Shown here piece by piece: positions 50,050 through 62,869 of a DNA stretch of 64,000 nucleotides (positions are counted from its first letter, which is position 1; each line of letters starts with the position of its first letter). The position numbers were made by a program, and so were the translations under genes. The stretch is from Heterodontus francisci (taxonomy: Eukaryota). The stretch lies in the NCBI RefSeq assembly GCF_036365525.1, contig NC_090413.1:23570299-23634298 (forward strand), written 5' to 3'. Under the pieces are notes generated by a model. It was not told the DNA's origin and ran no database searches. It saw nothing but the letters and a program-made list of their open reading frames with translations.

Positions 50050-51705
50050 CATGTGGAAAGAGATGCAGTGGTTTTTGTCGAGGTTCATCCCAAGCAGCTC
50101 TGTAACACAGGAGTCTGTGCTCTACGGGCTGTTCCCAGGGACGCACACTGAGATAAACATAAACTGCTGCTGAAGAACCATCAACTCGGTGAAAGACACT
50201 CTTTGGTCTGCCCGAAACTTGCTGGTGTTCTAGTGCAAAGAGTTGTCCACGAGCGAGTGCTGCAGACTGGCACATTCCAAGGACCAGGACTCTGTGCTGA
50301 GTGACGCATTAAAGTTTGGGGCAGTCACTGCAAAGACTCAGTGGGGAAAGGCCACTGTGTAAGGCCCTCCCACCATAGTGAACTGAGGGGCTGGAACCTG
50401 TATAAAACCCCTCAGTCTGTATGCACCAAACATGTTTTTGCTGTTGTTATGACCAAGGCAGGAGTAATGCACTGTTAATTCAGTCCCACTACTCCACAGA
50501 TCACAACATATTAGTAAAGTTTCCCACCTACTGGAAAATAGCCAAATTAAACACTCGATTTGTCCGCCAGAATAAAGCACACCAAACCAGGGTTCTTTAA
50601 ACAACAACAAAATTAAATATTTATTGATAAACTAAGTTTTAAACAATAAAGAGATAATTCTATATGTGAAAAAGATTCTTTTAAAACTTCTTATTCTTCC
50701 GAACCCTAATGCATACATTTTTAAAAAACAGTTAACCGGGGAAAAAGGCGTTTTCGGTTTACAACTGTTTCTTAGGAATAATAAAATAATTGGGTTGTCA
50801 CGGTCTGGTAGGATATTTCCGGGTCGGTGAGGTATCCAAGAGTTGAATAGTTGGATGCCACGTGAAGCCTGTCCAGGCGAGGTTGATGAACAGTCTGTGA
50901 TGGGTAGGCATTCAAGGCAATTCTTCTGCAAAAGGCGTCACACAGATCTTTCAGTAAAGGGTCTAACAACAGGTCTGCCCGGGTTTTGAAGTAGCAGTCT
51001 AGCAGTAGAAGCTTTCTTGAGATCTCAGGATCTCCCAAAACACAAGAGGCAACAGGAATCACTCTTGAGGCAGGGATTCTTCAGAGACTGGAGGCAACAG
51101 GAAACTGCTGCCTTTCAAATGCAGTGCTTCCTCTCTGCAACGCAGTTTTCCTCCACAGAGAGCAGCAACTCCTCTTTTCCTGGGTCTTTTCCTCTCCAGG
51201 GGTCTTTTCCTCTCTCCAGGCAGACCATAGCCACCACCTCAAATGTAGGATTTCTTTTTCCAAGAGAGGCACGTCTTCTTTTACAGAGAGTAGGTCTTTT
51301 CTGTAGTCTGCCAAACAGGTCCAGCCCACACTTCTTTCACAATGCAAAGTGAAACTAAAACCCACCATCAAGTCATGTGACAGTCATAAATCTTCCTGTA
51401 ATTGCCTTGTTGAGCTGCTTGGAAACAGGTGCCTTGCAGTCTGTGCACACTTCACTCAGTCCACAATTCAAATATCAGCTCTTAAAGCACTTTTTGCAAA
51501 GAAAAGTAGAAACACTCACATAACACTGTGTAATGCAAATATACATTGCATATAAAACAAAATGGTAAGAGTTGTGAGGCATCTCATGTTCTGCATCGAA
51601 GGAATCTGATGTCTGTTGTACTTTCCGAAATGTGAAATTTGAAACTGTTTTGTTATGTATTTTTTTGCAATTTTTTATCACGAAAGTATAACTTTGAAAA
51701 AAAAA
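50050..51705 (+). mobile_element. Third L1/Tx1-clade 3' end, split by a solo LTR
   Basis: ORF remnant 50050-50361; the 3' UTR resumes at 51530 and ends in an A-run near 51705. Confidence 0.7.
50445..51525 (-). mobile_element. Solo LTR (Gypsy-like), 1081 bp
   Basis: TGTTATG...CATAACA termini; 4-bp TSD CTGT at 50441-50444 and 51526-51529; strand tentative. Confidence 0.8.
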
Positions 51706-52799
51706 TCCTGTTTTGCCATGGCTGATCAGAGGGCATGGATAGGGATTGGGAGCAGGAGGCTTGGCTGATTTTCTCTTTTCTCCTTCCCCAGTAAAGTGGT
51801 ACTGAGACCAACTGGAATGTCCCAGCGAACTCAGAACAAGCTAGACATCGAATCAATGTCCTTTCTGGCCTGTCTGTCTGAGTATCACGCAAAGTGGTGC
51901 ACATGGCTGCAAAGTATAAGATGTTAAAAATCCCGTAGCACGATCCAAAGGAGGGCAGAGAATTCTCCAAAGACCTGGCCAACGGATACAAAGTGACAAC
52001 AACTGCCGCACTTCAAAACAACTCGCTCTGCGTAAGGTGCTGTGGGATATTACTGAGAAATGCAATAAGCCATTAGATAAAAAATGCAAGTTCTTTCTGT
52101 TTTCCGAGGACGTAAAAGCGGATCTGAAGATGCAAATTATACACCAGGTTTTATAGCGCCCTGAAAGCTGTGGAAGGCATTCAGTCCTCTGAAGGTTAAC
52201 AGTGTCAGGCAGCTGGTTCTGACAGTCCAAGGCATGGAGAGCAACTCACATTTGTAAAGACAGGTGCGGCTGAGGGGAAGAGCATTATCAGCAGTGTGCA
52301 CAGTCGCCCAATGCTGCACACTTGCCAGTGTTGCTGAGGACAGTGACTCACCATCCAGGCAGGACCCCAAATTACAAATGGCAAGGTTGGGTTTCAAACC
52401 TCAGGTTCCCCATCAGTTAAAACTTATGCTGTTTTGTTGGTGGCATTGCTGAAGGAGATAGTGTCAGCTGGTGCTCTACAAGAACTATGGGCACAATCCT
52501 CATTGGAGAATGTCAGTTGTGGCAAACTCTTAAGAGACAATGGGTACTAAAAATCTAGGAGAATCTGGACAAATAGGGTAAAGGTTCTTTTTGCAAAGAG
52601 ACCTGCTGGCACTGTGAAGGAGTACTAATGTAAAGAGAAAGTAAAAGCTTGAAACATTGGGTCTTTTTTGGTTAGAACGTTGCCTGGATTATGTGTTTAT
52701 CGCTCTGGAGTGGGTCTTCAACCCATAACCCTCTGACGCAGGGGTGAGAGTGCTACCCACCATTCAAGGCTGGAACTTTAGTTATAATTATTTCTTAAA

Positions 52800-53220
52800 G
52801 AAACAAATTACATTTATATAGAGTACTTTGCATGACTTCAGGATGTCATAAAGCACTTTACAGCCACACGTTTTGAAGAGTAGTCACTGTTGTAATGTGA
52901 TGGCAGCCAACTTGTGCACAGTAAGCTGTCAAAACCAGCAATGAGATAATCTGTTTGTGGCGATTTTCATTGAGGGATAAATATTGACTAGGACACTGGA
53001 GAGAACTTCCAGTTCCTCTCCAAGATAGCGCCATGGAATCTTTTATGGCCACCTGATAAGGCAGGCAGAGCCTTGTTTTAACTTTTCATCTGAAAGAAGC
53101 ACCTTCAACATTGTAGCTCTGTTGGAGCGTCAGCCTGGATTATGGACTCAAATCTCTGGAATGGGGTTGAACCCATGACATTCTGACCCAGAGGCAAGTG
53201 TGTTGCCCACTAAACCACAG
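52800..53220 (-). mobile_element. Deu-domain tRNA-SINE
   Basis: Same family as 16108-16544. Confidence 0.7.
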
Positions 53221-53740
53221 AGGTAACACTAGAGGATCAGATATATACCGGACTGGGAATTCCTCCCAAAACCACATTGTATATTTCTGCAGGTTTATCT
53301 TTCAAGTGTCTTATCTTGACAGACAGATTATTAGATAATGTCCCCTTTCAGAGTGTTCAGGGATGTCATAAGAAAGGAAAACAAATAGTTGTACTCTCAT
53401 CTATCATTGTGTCATGTGTTGATAAACATGGCTGGAAGACTGAGGAGCTCCCCAAACTAACATTGCTCTTTCTGGTCAAATTAGAGAGAGGTTTGTTGAT
53501 GAATCCCCAGTTGATGGCACACAAATCTTTAAAAGTAATAGAGCCTCTGAATTTCCTCAGACCAGTTGCCACCTGCTACTTTGTTGGAAGGCCAGTGAAA
53601 ACCCCATTTACTCCATTAAAGGGGGTTTTGAACATACTTTCATTGTAGTTACTGTGGCTCAGTGGTAGAAAGTATGAGGCAATTGAAGTTAGGCCAGGAA
53701 CACTTTGCGTAATTAATTATGTGGCAGCCATTTTATCCTA

Positions 53741-54080
53741 AAACAACAACTTGCATTCATGTAGAACCTTTAATGTAGTAAAATATCCCAAGGTGCTTCA
53801 CAGGAATGCAATCAGACAAAATATTGACATCATGCCTCATAAGGAGACATTAGGCCAGGCGATCAAAAGCTTGGTCAATGGACTTGGTTTTAAGCAGTGT
53901 CTTAAAGGAGGAGAGAGGTAAAGTGGAGGAGAGGTTTAGAGAGGGAATTCCTGAGCGTAGGGGCTAGGTATCAATGGTGGACCGACGGGAAGAGTCAGTG
54001 GAATGGAGGGATTGAGCAGGAAGGGAGCAGAGGCTGGTTTTAGTAGGTTTAGAAAAGGTTACAGAGAAACAGAGGAGTGA
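53741..54080 (-). mobile_element. L2-type LINE 3' fragment
   Basis: aacaacaacttgcattcatgtag...aaaagcttggtcaa. Confidence 0.7.
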
Positions 54081-54084
54081 GTTT

Positions 54085-54400
54085 CAGGGAATCTAGAAAA
54101 CAGGGACACAGTCTCAGGATAAGGGGTCAATCATTCAGGACTGAGATGAGGAGAAATTACTACACTCAAAGGGTTGTGAATCGTTGGAATTCTCTACCCC
54201 AGGGGGTTATGGATGCTCCATCATTGAATACAGTTAAGGCTGGGATAGATAGATTTCTGGTCTCGCAGGGAATCGAGGGATATGGGGAGCGGGCAGGAAA
54301 GTGGAATTGAAGTCCAAGATCAGCCATGATCGTATTGAATGGCGGAGCAGACTCAATGGGCCATATGGTTTACTTCTGCTCCTATTTCTTGTGTTCTTGT
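54085..54400 (+). mobile_element. CR1 LINE 3' fragment
   Basis: GHSLRIRGQSFRTEMRRNYYTQRVVNRWNSLP plus tail. Confidence 0.8.
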
Positions 54401-55068
54401 GAGGTGAACTCAAGGATGAGAATTTTAATACCCAGATCCTCAGGGAGTAAGTGAAACTTGATGTGGATTAGAATATGAGCAGCAGAGTAACCTAACTTTA
54501 TGGAGTGTAACAGATAGGAAACCACCCAGGAGAGCATTGGAATAGTTAAGTCTTTATTACAGCAATTATATAAATACACAGTTTTTTGGTGGTACTGGTT
54601 CAGGAAAAATGTTGGCTGGATCACTCGGAGTCTCATTTCCTGCTCTCCTTTGATCAGCATCAGTAAGCTTTATTAAAATAATCTGACTAAGTGTTGCTCC
54701 CATGGTAACTTGAGGTAGCATATCTCATTGCAGAGATAAAAAAATAAAGCAAATGCTGGAAATCTGAAATGAAAGCGGAAATGCAAAGGGGGCTCATCAG
54801 CATTTGAAAGAGAAATCTGGGCTAATATTTCAGGTGGAATTATTCATAAGAACTCTTGAGGCTGAGAGAGAACTCAGTGCTATGCTAATATTGGTGAGCT
54901 AATACTTTATAATGAGATTAAGGGCAATTACTGCATATAAAAAGATCATATGGTTTCATACATATATATGTTGAATTCATAATTGTGTAAGACCTATGAG
55001 CTCTTTTACTGTTGAAATACTGCTTCTAAACCTCATATTTAACACAAAATGTGGCTCTGTGGCTTGGA

Positions 55069-55310
55069 GACTACATCACCCAAAAGACATCGCGCACCAC
55101 CGCACATGCGCAGGAATGCGCACTGGGTCCCAGATGCTGACGAACATTAATTTTAAATTATATTCCAATCTAAATAAAATCCGGCTGTAAAGTTTCAGTG
55201 TTGTGCTTGTTTTAACAGTGCAGACCATGAATTAAAAAAAAATTGAGAGATATGGTCGTCAGGATCCGGTCAAAGGTCAGAGGGTAGGTCATCGCTGAGC
55301 GCGGGAAAGA
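55069..55310 (+). promoter_or_regulatory. rnaseh2a CpG-rich promoter: ZNF143-like GACTACATCACCCA (55069), NRF1-like GCACATGCGCA (~55102), E2F GCGCGGGAAA (55299-55308)
   Basis: Motifs read directly upstream of the ATG; no TATA box seen; locally CpG-rich. Confidence 0.55.
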
Positions 55311-55424
55311 TTTTCTGGCGGTTGGTCTCGAGCTTCGCTGATTGTAACATTTAAAAGCTCAAGGGTCATTTTTTAAAAACCTGAGTTATTTTTTATTTAT
55401 TTTAATAGATATATGAGGTAAACT

Positions 55425-55551
55425 ATGGATCTGAGTGAGTTTGAGCGGGACAGCAGCAGCAGTTGCCGGCTGGTGTCGGCCGTTCCCACCGCCTGCCGGA
55501 CTGAGGATTGCTGCCTGGGCATCGACGAGGCGGGTCGGGGGCCGGTGCTGG
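55425..55551 (+). CDS. rnaseh2a: Ribonuclease H2 subunit A, coding exon 1
   Basis: [42 protein letters not shown](G) with the catalytic DEAGRGP motif; GTGAGT donor; 127 nt. Confidence 0.95.
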
Positions 55552-55624
55552 GTGAGTAACTGAAGGCCCCAGATCCCGCACACTAACGGCAGCAATGGTA
55601 GGGGCAGAGGCATTGCAGACAAGC

Positions 55625-56840
55625 ATGTGGTCATAACCCCGCCCCTCTCCAAACTCCTCCCCTCTTCTCAAGGTGATACTCATAACCCCGCCCCTCTCTC
55701 GCCAAACCCCGCCCCTCTCCAGGCTCTGCCCCCACCACCTTATCAAGTTGATACTCATAATCCCGCCTCCTCTCCCCAAACCCCACCCCTTGCACCTGAG
55801 CAAGGCGGTACTCAAACCCGCCTTCTCCCCAAATCACGCCCCTTATCCCAAATCCTGCCCTCCATGCTGCGCCCTGCTCACCTTGTGGTACTCATAATCC
55901 CGCCCCCTCTCCCCAAACCCCGCCCCTTGCACCTGAGCAAGGCGGTACTCAAACCCGCCTTCTCTCCCAAACCCCGCCCCTTCCCACCTGAGCAAGGGAG
56001 TGCTCATATCCAGCCCCTTCTCTCCAAACCCAGACCCTCTCCCTCAAAACCCACCAAGGTGTGCTCATAGCTCTGCCCCTTCTCGCCGAACCCTGTCACT
56101 GTCCCGCCTGAGCAAGGCAGTGCTCATCGTCAGCCCCTCTCCACAGACCCCACCCCACACTTGAGCAGGATGATGCTCATTGCTCTGCCCTTCTCTCCCA
56201 AACCCCACTCACTTCCCCACAACTCCCACCCCCACCTGAGCAAGTCAGTGGTCATAGCTCTGCCCCCTCTCCATACCTCGGCCACTCCCCACCTGCCACA
56301 GGAGTGAGATGCTCTCCAAGGGTGCTCATAGCACCAACCTTCCCCAAACCCAACCCCTCCCATTGCCACCCAAGCAAGGTGGGCTCATAGCCCCTCCCTG
56401 AAACCCCAGCCCGACCACTCTCCCTAAACCACACCCACTCCCACCTGCCAACTTGGTCCCCATAGAGTGCTCACAGCTCCTCCCCTCCCCAAATTGCGCC
56501 TCCATTAACCCCACCCACTTTTCCCAACCTGCTGCCAAACCACACCACCACTTCGCCTCAGCACCGCCCCCTCTCCAAATCCCAGCCCTTCCTTCCCTCT
56601 CTCCATTGACCCCGCACCTCCCTCCTCCTCCCACCTTCCCAACTCACCTTTGCTTCTGCTCAAACCAGTTGCCTCCACCCCTCCCTGTACTCCCAACACT
56701 GCCCCTCCATTCCTCCTCCCCTGACACTGCCCCCTTCCAACACTTCCCCCTCTTTCTTCCAGTCCCACCCCTCCTTCCACCTCCAACCCTCCCCTTCTCC
56801 TCAACACTGCCTCTCCCTCCTCCCAACTCCATTCCCTCTA
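55625..56840 (+). repeat. C-rich degenerate minisatellite (~55-bp unit) grading into a C/T low-complexity tract, rnaseh2a intron 1
   Basis: Recurring ctcata..cccgcccctctccccaaaccccgcccc...cacctgagcaagg units. Confidence 0.8.
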
Positions 56841-57759
56841 AATGAAAATGGAAGAGGTTCTTAATAGAAGAGTGTGGTATTTAGTAAAACAGCTTTGTAA
56901 TATTTAGAACCAATGATTGATGAATACATTATTTAAAAATACGCTGGAAAGTTATCAAACTAGTTTTTAACCTGCACATAGAATGTCAATTCATCCAGTA
57001 AATACAGCATTCAAAATGTGTCTAGGAAACCTCTCCAAATCTACCAGCTACAGGCCAAAAATAGGAAGCTAATTTGGCAGCATAGTTCAGGCCGTAAGAA
57101 CAACTGATTTCTGGAGTGATGGAACATTCTCTTCTGATGGTTGCTAACAACATTGAAAAGATAGTTCCAGTTTTGCACTCTGCTGATGAAGTGGAAATGT
57201 TTGCCTGTTATTTTGCAGCGAGTAGTTTTTTCACTGCCAAATGAAAATGCACAGACAAGAGGCTAGTGGTAATTTATAATATCAATAACACCATTGGGCT
57301 CTTTTTGAATCACTTGTTTTTATGATGGAAGTTCTGTAGTCATTGTTGACTGGTGTGATTGCTGAGTTACACAGTGCAACGGATGCACTCTGGAGTTAAT
57401 TATCTTACTGCTGGTGTTCAGCTTCCCTCACCACTCAGGTACACTAACTGTTCCTGGTCAACGCTGCAGCTGATGCACCAAAAATATTCAAAATATCAAT
57501 AAGAAAAAGATTGTTAACAAAGGAGGGAAGATCTAAGCAGAGCCCTTTTTGTGCTCACCCTTTTTATAGAAGAAAAAGAAAGTTGCACCCTAAATTTTAA
57601 AAACTCGTCAACATTGTTAGAAACTGAGCTCCTCTGTCTTGTCATTGTAGGGCAGCATCTCACAGTCTTTCATTGGTGGTGTTATAATGCCTGGGCCAAC
57701 TAATCTATTTTAAATGGAATAAGGCTGGTTGCAAAATCTAAAATAGTGTCGTATGTGAG

Positions 57760-58085
57760 GTCTTGACTGAGTAAATAAGACTAACCTGTTTCCACTGGCA
57801 GGTGGATTAGTAACCAGAGGACACAGATTTAAGATAATTGGTAAAAGAATCAGAGTGGAGATGAGGAGAAATGTTTTTACGCAGTGAGTTGTTATGATCC
57901 GGAATGCGCTGCCTGATAGGGTGGTGGAAGCAGATTCAGCAGAGATGTTCAAAAGGGAATGGGATAAATACTTGAAAAAGCAATATTTTTAGGGTAACAG
58001 GAATAGAGCAGGGAAGTGGGATGAATTAGATGGATTGCCGGCACAGGCATGATGGGGCAAATGGCCTGTTGTGTTCTATGATTCA
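57760..58085 (+). mobile_element. CR1 LINE 3' fragment
   Basis: aaccagaggacacagatttaag...gatgaggagaaatgtttttacgcag plus tail. Confidence 0.75.
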
Positions 58086-58229
58086 TACCGGTAGGGAGGA
58101 AAGGAAGGAAAACCATTCCCACATCTAGCAGTCACTTTCCGAGCAAGACAGCAAAGGCCTAGCAACAGGTGGCACACCACTTTGTAATGTTCAATATTGT
58201 GGGGAGACATGGTTATACAAAAATTGGAT

Positions 58230-59490
58230 TTAAGTGAAGATCTTGTCTGACGAACTTGATCAAATATTTTGAAGAAGTAACAGGAAGATAGATGAGGGTA
58301 GTGCAGTTGATGTGGTCTACATGGATTTTAGCAAGGCTTTTGACAAGGTCTCACTTGGCATACTGGTTAAAAAAAATAAAATCCCATGGGATCCAGGGAA
58401 ATGCAGCAAGGTGGGTACAAAATTGACTTAGTGGCAGGAAACAAAGGGTAATTGTTAATGGGTGTTTTTGCGACTGGAGGGCTGTTTCCAGTGGCATTCC
58501 GTAGGACTCAGTACTGCGTCCCTGCTTTTTGTGGTGTATATTAACGATTTGGATGTAAACATAGGGGGAATGATCAAGAAGTTTGCAGACGACACAAAAA
58601 TTGGTCGTGTGGGTGACAGAGAGGAGGATAGCTGTAGGCTGCAGGAAGATAGCGATGGACTGGTCAGGTGGGCAGAAAAGTGGCAAATAGAATTCAACCT
58701 GGAGATGTGTAAGGTGATGCATTTGGGGAGGTCATACAAGGCAAAGGAATACACAATAAATGGGAAAATACTGAGAGGTGTAGAGGAAGTGAGGAATCTT
58801 GGAGTGAATGACCACAGACCCCTGAAGGTAGCAGGACAGGTTGATAAGGTGATTAAAAAGGCATATGGAATCCTTTGTTTTATTAGCCGAGCTATAACAT
58901 AGCAGAGAGGTTAAGCTGGAACTGTATAAATCATTGGGTAGGCCACAACTTGAGTATGTGTGCAGTTCTGGTCACCTCATTACAGAAGGGATGTAATTGC
59001 ACAAGAGAGGCTACACAGGAGATTTACGAGGATGTTGCCAGGACTGGAAAAATGCAGCTATGAGGAAAGATTGGATAAGCTTGGGTTGTTCTCCTTGGAA
59101 CAGAGAAGGCTGAGGGGAGATCTGATTGAAATGTACAAAATTGTGAGGGACCTGAATGGAGTGGAGGTGAAGGGCCTATTTACATTAGTGGAGAGGTCAG
59201 TGACTAGGGGGCATAGATTTCAAGTGATTGGTAGAAAGATTAAAGGGGAGAGGAGGAAAAACTTTTTCACCCAGAGGGTTGTGGGGGTCTGGAGCTCACT
59301 GCCTGAAAGGACAATAGGGACAGAAACTCTCAACTCATTTAAAAGATGTCTGGATATGCACCTCAAGTGCCGTAACCTGCAGGGCTATGGACCAAATGCT
59401 GGAAGGTGATATTAAAGTGGGTGGCTCGTTTTTCAGCCGGCGCAGACACAATGGGCCAAGTGGCCTCTTTTTGTGCTGTAAACTTTCTTG
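58230..59490 (+). mobile_element. CR1 LINE RT/3' part, frameshifted
   Basis: [38 protein letters not shown]...RGHRF..RKNFFTQRVV. Confidence 0.9.
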
Positions 59491-60230
59491 AAAAAGGAGG
59501 AAATTACTTTAAAAGAGTGAGCTTTAGCATTGCTCCACTCAAAAACATTAATTGACAGATTACTATTGGTAGAAATCCCACGTCTGCAATTCTGTGACGG
59601 CTCCACCTCCGTTCCTTTGAAACTTGTGGCAATCCAAAGGGTTTAGAGTAATTTAACAGTCCTTATACTGCCTGTGGTTTGTAATACAAATGTACCTGAG
59701 ACACAGATGAGTACAAGGCAATCTCTGAGTTGAACTGGAGTCAAAGTAGACACTGGTCTTCCAGAACAAGATGAAGCACCTGTTTAAAGCCGTCCGTTGT
59801 ATTCCAGAAATGGTGGTCACTTACTATGCTGTGCTGTGTTTTGATCTGTGGGAATCTTCTTGGTAGAAGACTTGTATCAAACTGCTTTCCCAAGTGACTG
59901 TGTATGTAAAACTGATTAAGAGTTTTAAATAACTTTACTAAAAGTATTTGTTGTGTGTTTTTTTTAAAAAACAGCAGACAAGCAGGAACCAGTTCTGTCC
60001 AGTGTTTCTAAAATCTTAAATCGTGAATCTTGGTTCAGTGATGCACAGAAGCCACTTGAGCTATGCTCTCCCAAATGACTATTGTCATTTGAATCTCTCA
60101 GTGCCATGTAATGCACTCCAACTTAGTAATTTATATGTTCCTACATGTCCTGAATCACACACTGACTTCTTCACCTGTGTTAAGTGTCCGGGATTGTTGT
60201 GCTAACGCTTATTATTTTACATGTTCTCAG

Positions 60231-60302
60231 GGCCAATGGTGTACGGAATTTGTTATTGCCTGCTTTCTAAACAACAGCAGCTTGAGGAGCTCAAGGTTGC
60301 AG
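60231..60302 (+). CDS. rnaseh2a: Ribonuclease H2 subunit A, coding exon 2
   Basis: (G)PMVYGICYCLLSKQQQLEELKVA(D); branch point gctaac at 60201; ctcag acceptor; gtatgg donor; 72 nt. Confidence 0.93.
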
Positions 60303-61039
60303 GTATGGAAGTCAAAACTTTTTTTTAAAAAGTCAAAATGCTCCTGATAATACAATCAAACTACTGAATGGCGCCAAAACCCAAATACAGAAATGACAAA
60401 CAAGTATTCAGTGATATGAGCTTTGCTCTTTATCATGGTATTAATATGAGAGACTTCGCTGCTCACGCCTGGCTGCAGGACACTGCAGCTTTTTGTAATG
60501 GTGCTTCTGATTATTCAGCAAAGTTCTGATGATGGCGGAAACTAATCTATCGTCTCTGTTGTGAATTTTACATCAAATGTATGTTATTTGGTATCGGTGG
60601 CAAATTGCTGTTTACAAAAGTTCTATAGAAGCAGCACCAGAAGTTTAACAACGTTAAACATGTGCCAGGGATGGAAAAATGTAAGAGTCAATAACTATTT
60701 TTAAAATTTTTCCCCTCTAAGTTATCGTTGTCTTCAGGTCCACGTGACCTTCATGCTTTTCTTACCAAGAAGTGATGTTTGTGCTGTTTCCAAAAAGCTC
60801 CTGTGTCAAACTGGCAGGAAGTGCTGGTTTTATGATTCTGATTTTCTTTCTCTTCCCCAGAACAATACCATGATCTTGGCTGCTTGCTCGGTGTGGTTTA
60901 GATTGGGAATGGAGCTGAGATCAAACTCGTGGGGCTTTTTAACTTCCCCAAAATTAAGTTTTTTGGTCCTGAACTGGACCTCTGAGATAAAGTGAAATAT
61001 CTGTTGAGGCTGTTGTATCTCTTAGGATGCATATATCTG

Positions 61040-61240
61040 CCTCGCTGTGTTGAAGGTTGTGGATGCTCCATTTAAGGCTGGGCTAGACAGATTTTTGATC
61101 TGTCAGGGAATCCAGGAATATGTCGAGCAGGCGGGAAAGTGGAGTTGAAGCCTAAGATCAGCCATGATCGTACTGAATGGCGGAACAGGCTGGATGGCCC
61201 ATATGGTCTACTCCTGCTTTTATTTCTTGTGTTCTTGTGA
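61040..61240 (+). mobile_element. CR1 3' tail fragment
   Basis: Closely similar to the tail at 54200-54400. Confidence 0.7.
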
Positions 61241-61680
61241 AATCAAGATTCTTCACACCATCTTTTACTCTAATTGATTCTGTCCCAGAATATCACTGTT
61301 CCATTCCTTTTATAATCTCCAGGCTTTTAAAACCCAGGTAAGGAGCCACCTGATTGCCATTTTCTGATTAACCCCTTCTTGTCTTTTCAACCTTTTGTGG
61401 TGTCCTGTACTCTATGCCCTTTACCTTGGTTTCACTGTTACCCTCTGGGCAATGCCACACACAAGTGACCCAGCCAACAACGGAACATAACTGTGCAAGC
61501 ATGCCCTGTGTTTGCCCAGCGTTTAGTGGGCTGATGGTCTACTGTGCCGCAAGTCTACGTTGCATTTGGTTTCAATTTTTTTTTTGTTGCCCATATCGCA
61601 TGATGGGTATATTCTAGCTGTCAGATTAAATGCAAATGCCATTAGGTTAATTTAATTTCCCTTTCTGTTCTTTCTTTCAG

Positions 61681-61807
61681 ATTCCAAGACACTGACGGAA
61701 AAAGAGAGAGAGAAACTGTTTGCTAAACTAAATGAAGCAGAAGATTTTATTGGTTGGGCCCTGCAAGTCCTTTCACCCAATGTAATCTCAAACACTATGC
61801 AACAAAG
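61681..61807 (+). CDS. rnaseh2a: Ribonuclease H2 subunit A, coding exon 3 (gene continues beyond the window)
   Basis: (D)[41 protein letters not shown](R) with the DSK motif; tttcag acceptor; gtattt donor; 127 nt. Confidence 0.93.
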
Positions 61808-62869
61808 GTATTTCTCAGCATATTAACTTAGTGGAGGGGATGCATTGAGGTACATCACACCAGGAATAAGATGAAGGCAACTGACCTTGTGCAGATGTTG
61901 TAAGGGGCTGATGATGCCAGTTTGCCATGTAGACTGGTACTGAGGGTATTGTAGGAAAGTTATAATTTGTAGAACTTGTCACTGAAGGTGTTGAACCTCT
62001 CTCTTCCCACTCTCCCCCTCCAAAACCACCTCCAGTAGATGAAATTAAATGTCACATCCTGTTCTCGTTAACAGTCCAGATTTATTAATGATTAATTGAG
62101 ATTCAACCTTAATTCATATTTGCAACCACGTGACAATTCTGCCGTTAGGATTTGCCTCCCTCCTTGGAGTTGTTGGCTTTTAGCTGGGATTCAGATGGCC
62201 ATTTAATAATTTTTCCTTGGTGTGCTTTAATGATCAGGTTTCAGTTGCTAATGCATATTCTTAAATTGTCATCACAATACAGAGCCTTTCATGCCCAGCA
62301 GGAGACTAATAAAATAATCATCTGAATCTGGCAGTCTTACTGCAAATCATTAGGAACTTTATGGTGTATCAATACTTCTGCTGCTACCATGATGGCAATC
62401 ACATTTTTTTGGAACAGTGCAAGTGGACAGCCCAAACAAGGAGTGCAATGTTTCACATCAGATCTAAGCTGGGGTGAACCACACTGTAGGTATGTCTCAA
62501 CTTGGATTAGTAAGATGCACAAATCACTTCATTCTGGAGTGCATACACCCTCTTATTTTCTTATCCTCCTTTCTTCTCTTTAGTGTTTTAACAGCTTCCC
62601 ACAGGCCTGTGCATTGTTGCTGTATAGACGTCTGTGGGTGCGATTTCATGTCCTAAGTGGCATAATGCTTTGGTGCTACATGCATATCTTTTCATATACC
62701 TAGTTATAATTGATGTAGTGGAAATCTGGGCACTATTCTTGTGAAGAAAAATCTTCCTTTGTATCAATATCAGTAGTAAATGTGGGAAAGAAATGAAATG
62801 GCAGTTTATTCACTTTGAAATCTAAAAGAATAGAGAGTGCACTTTCCAGTTTCAGCACAAAAACCTCAG

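Noticed and set aside
52137-52560. Cys-containing short ORFs in unique sequence
   Set aside because: No motif, no ATG or splice support, and lengths expected by chance.
55627-56845. Pro-rich and Gly-rich ORFs
   Set aside because: Translations of the C-rich minisatellite and low-complexity intron.
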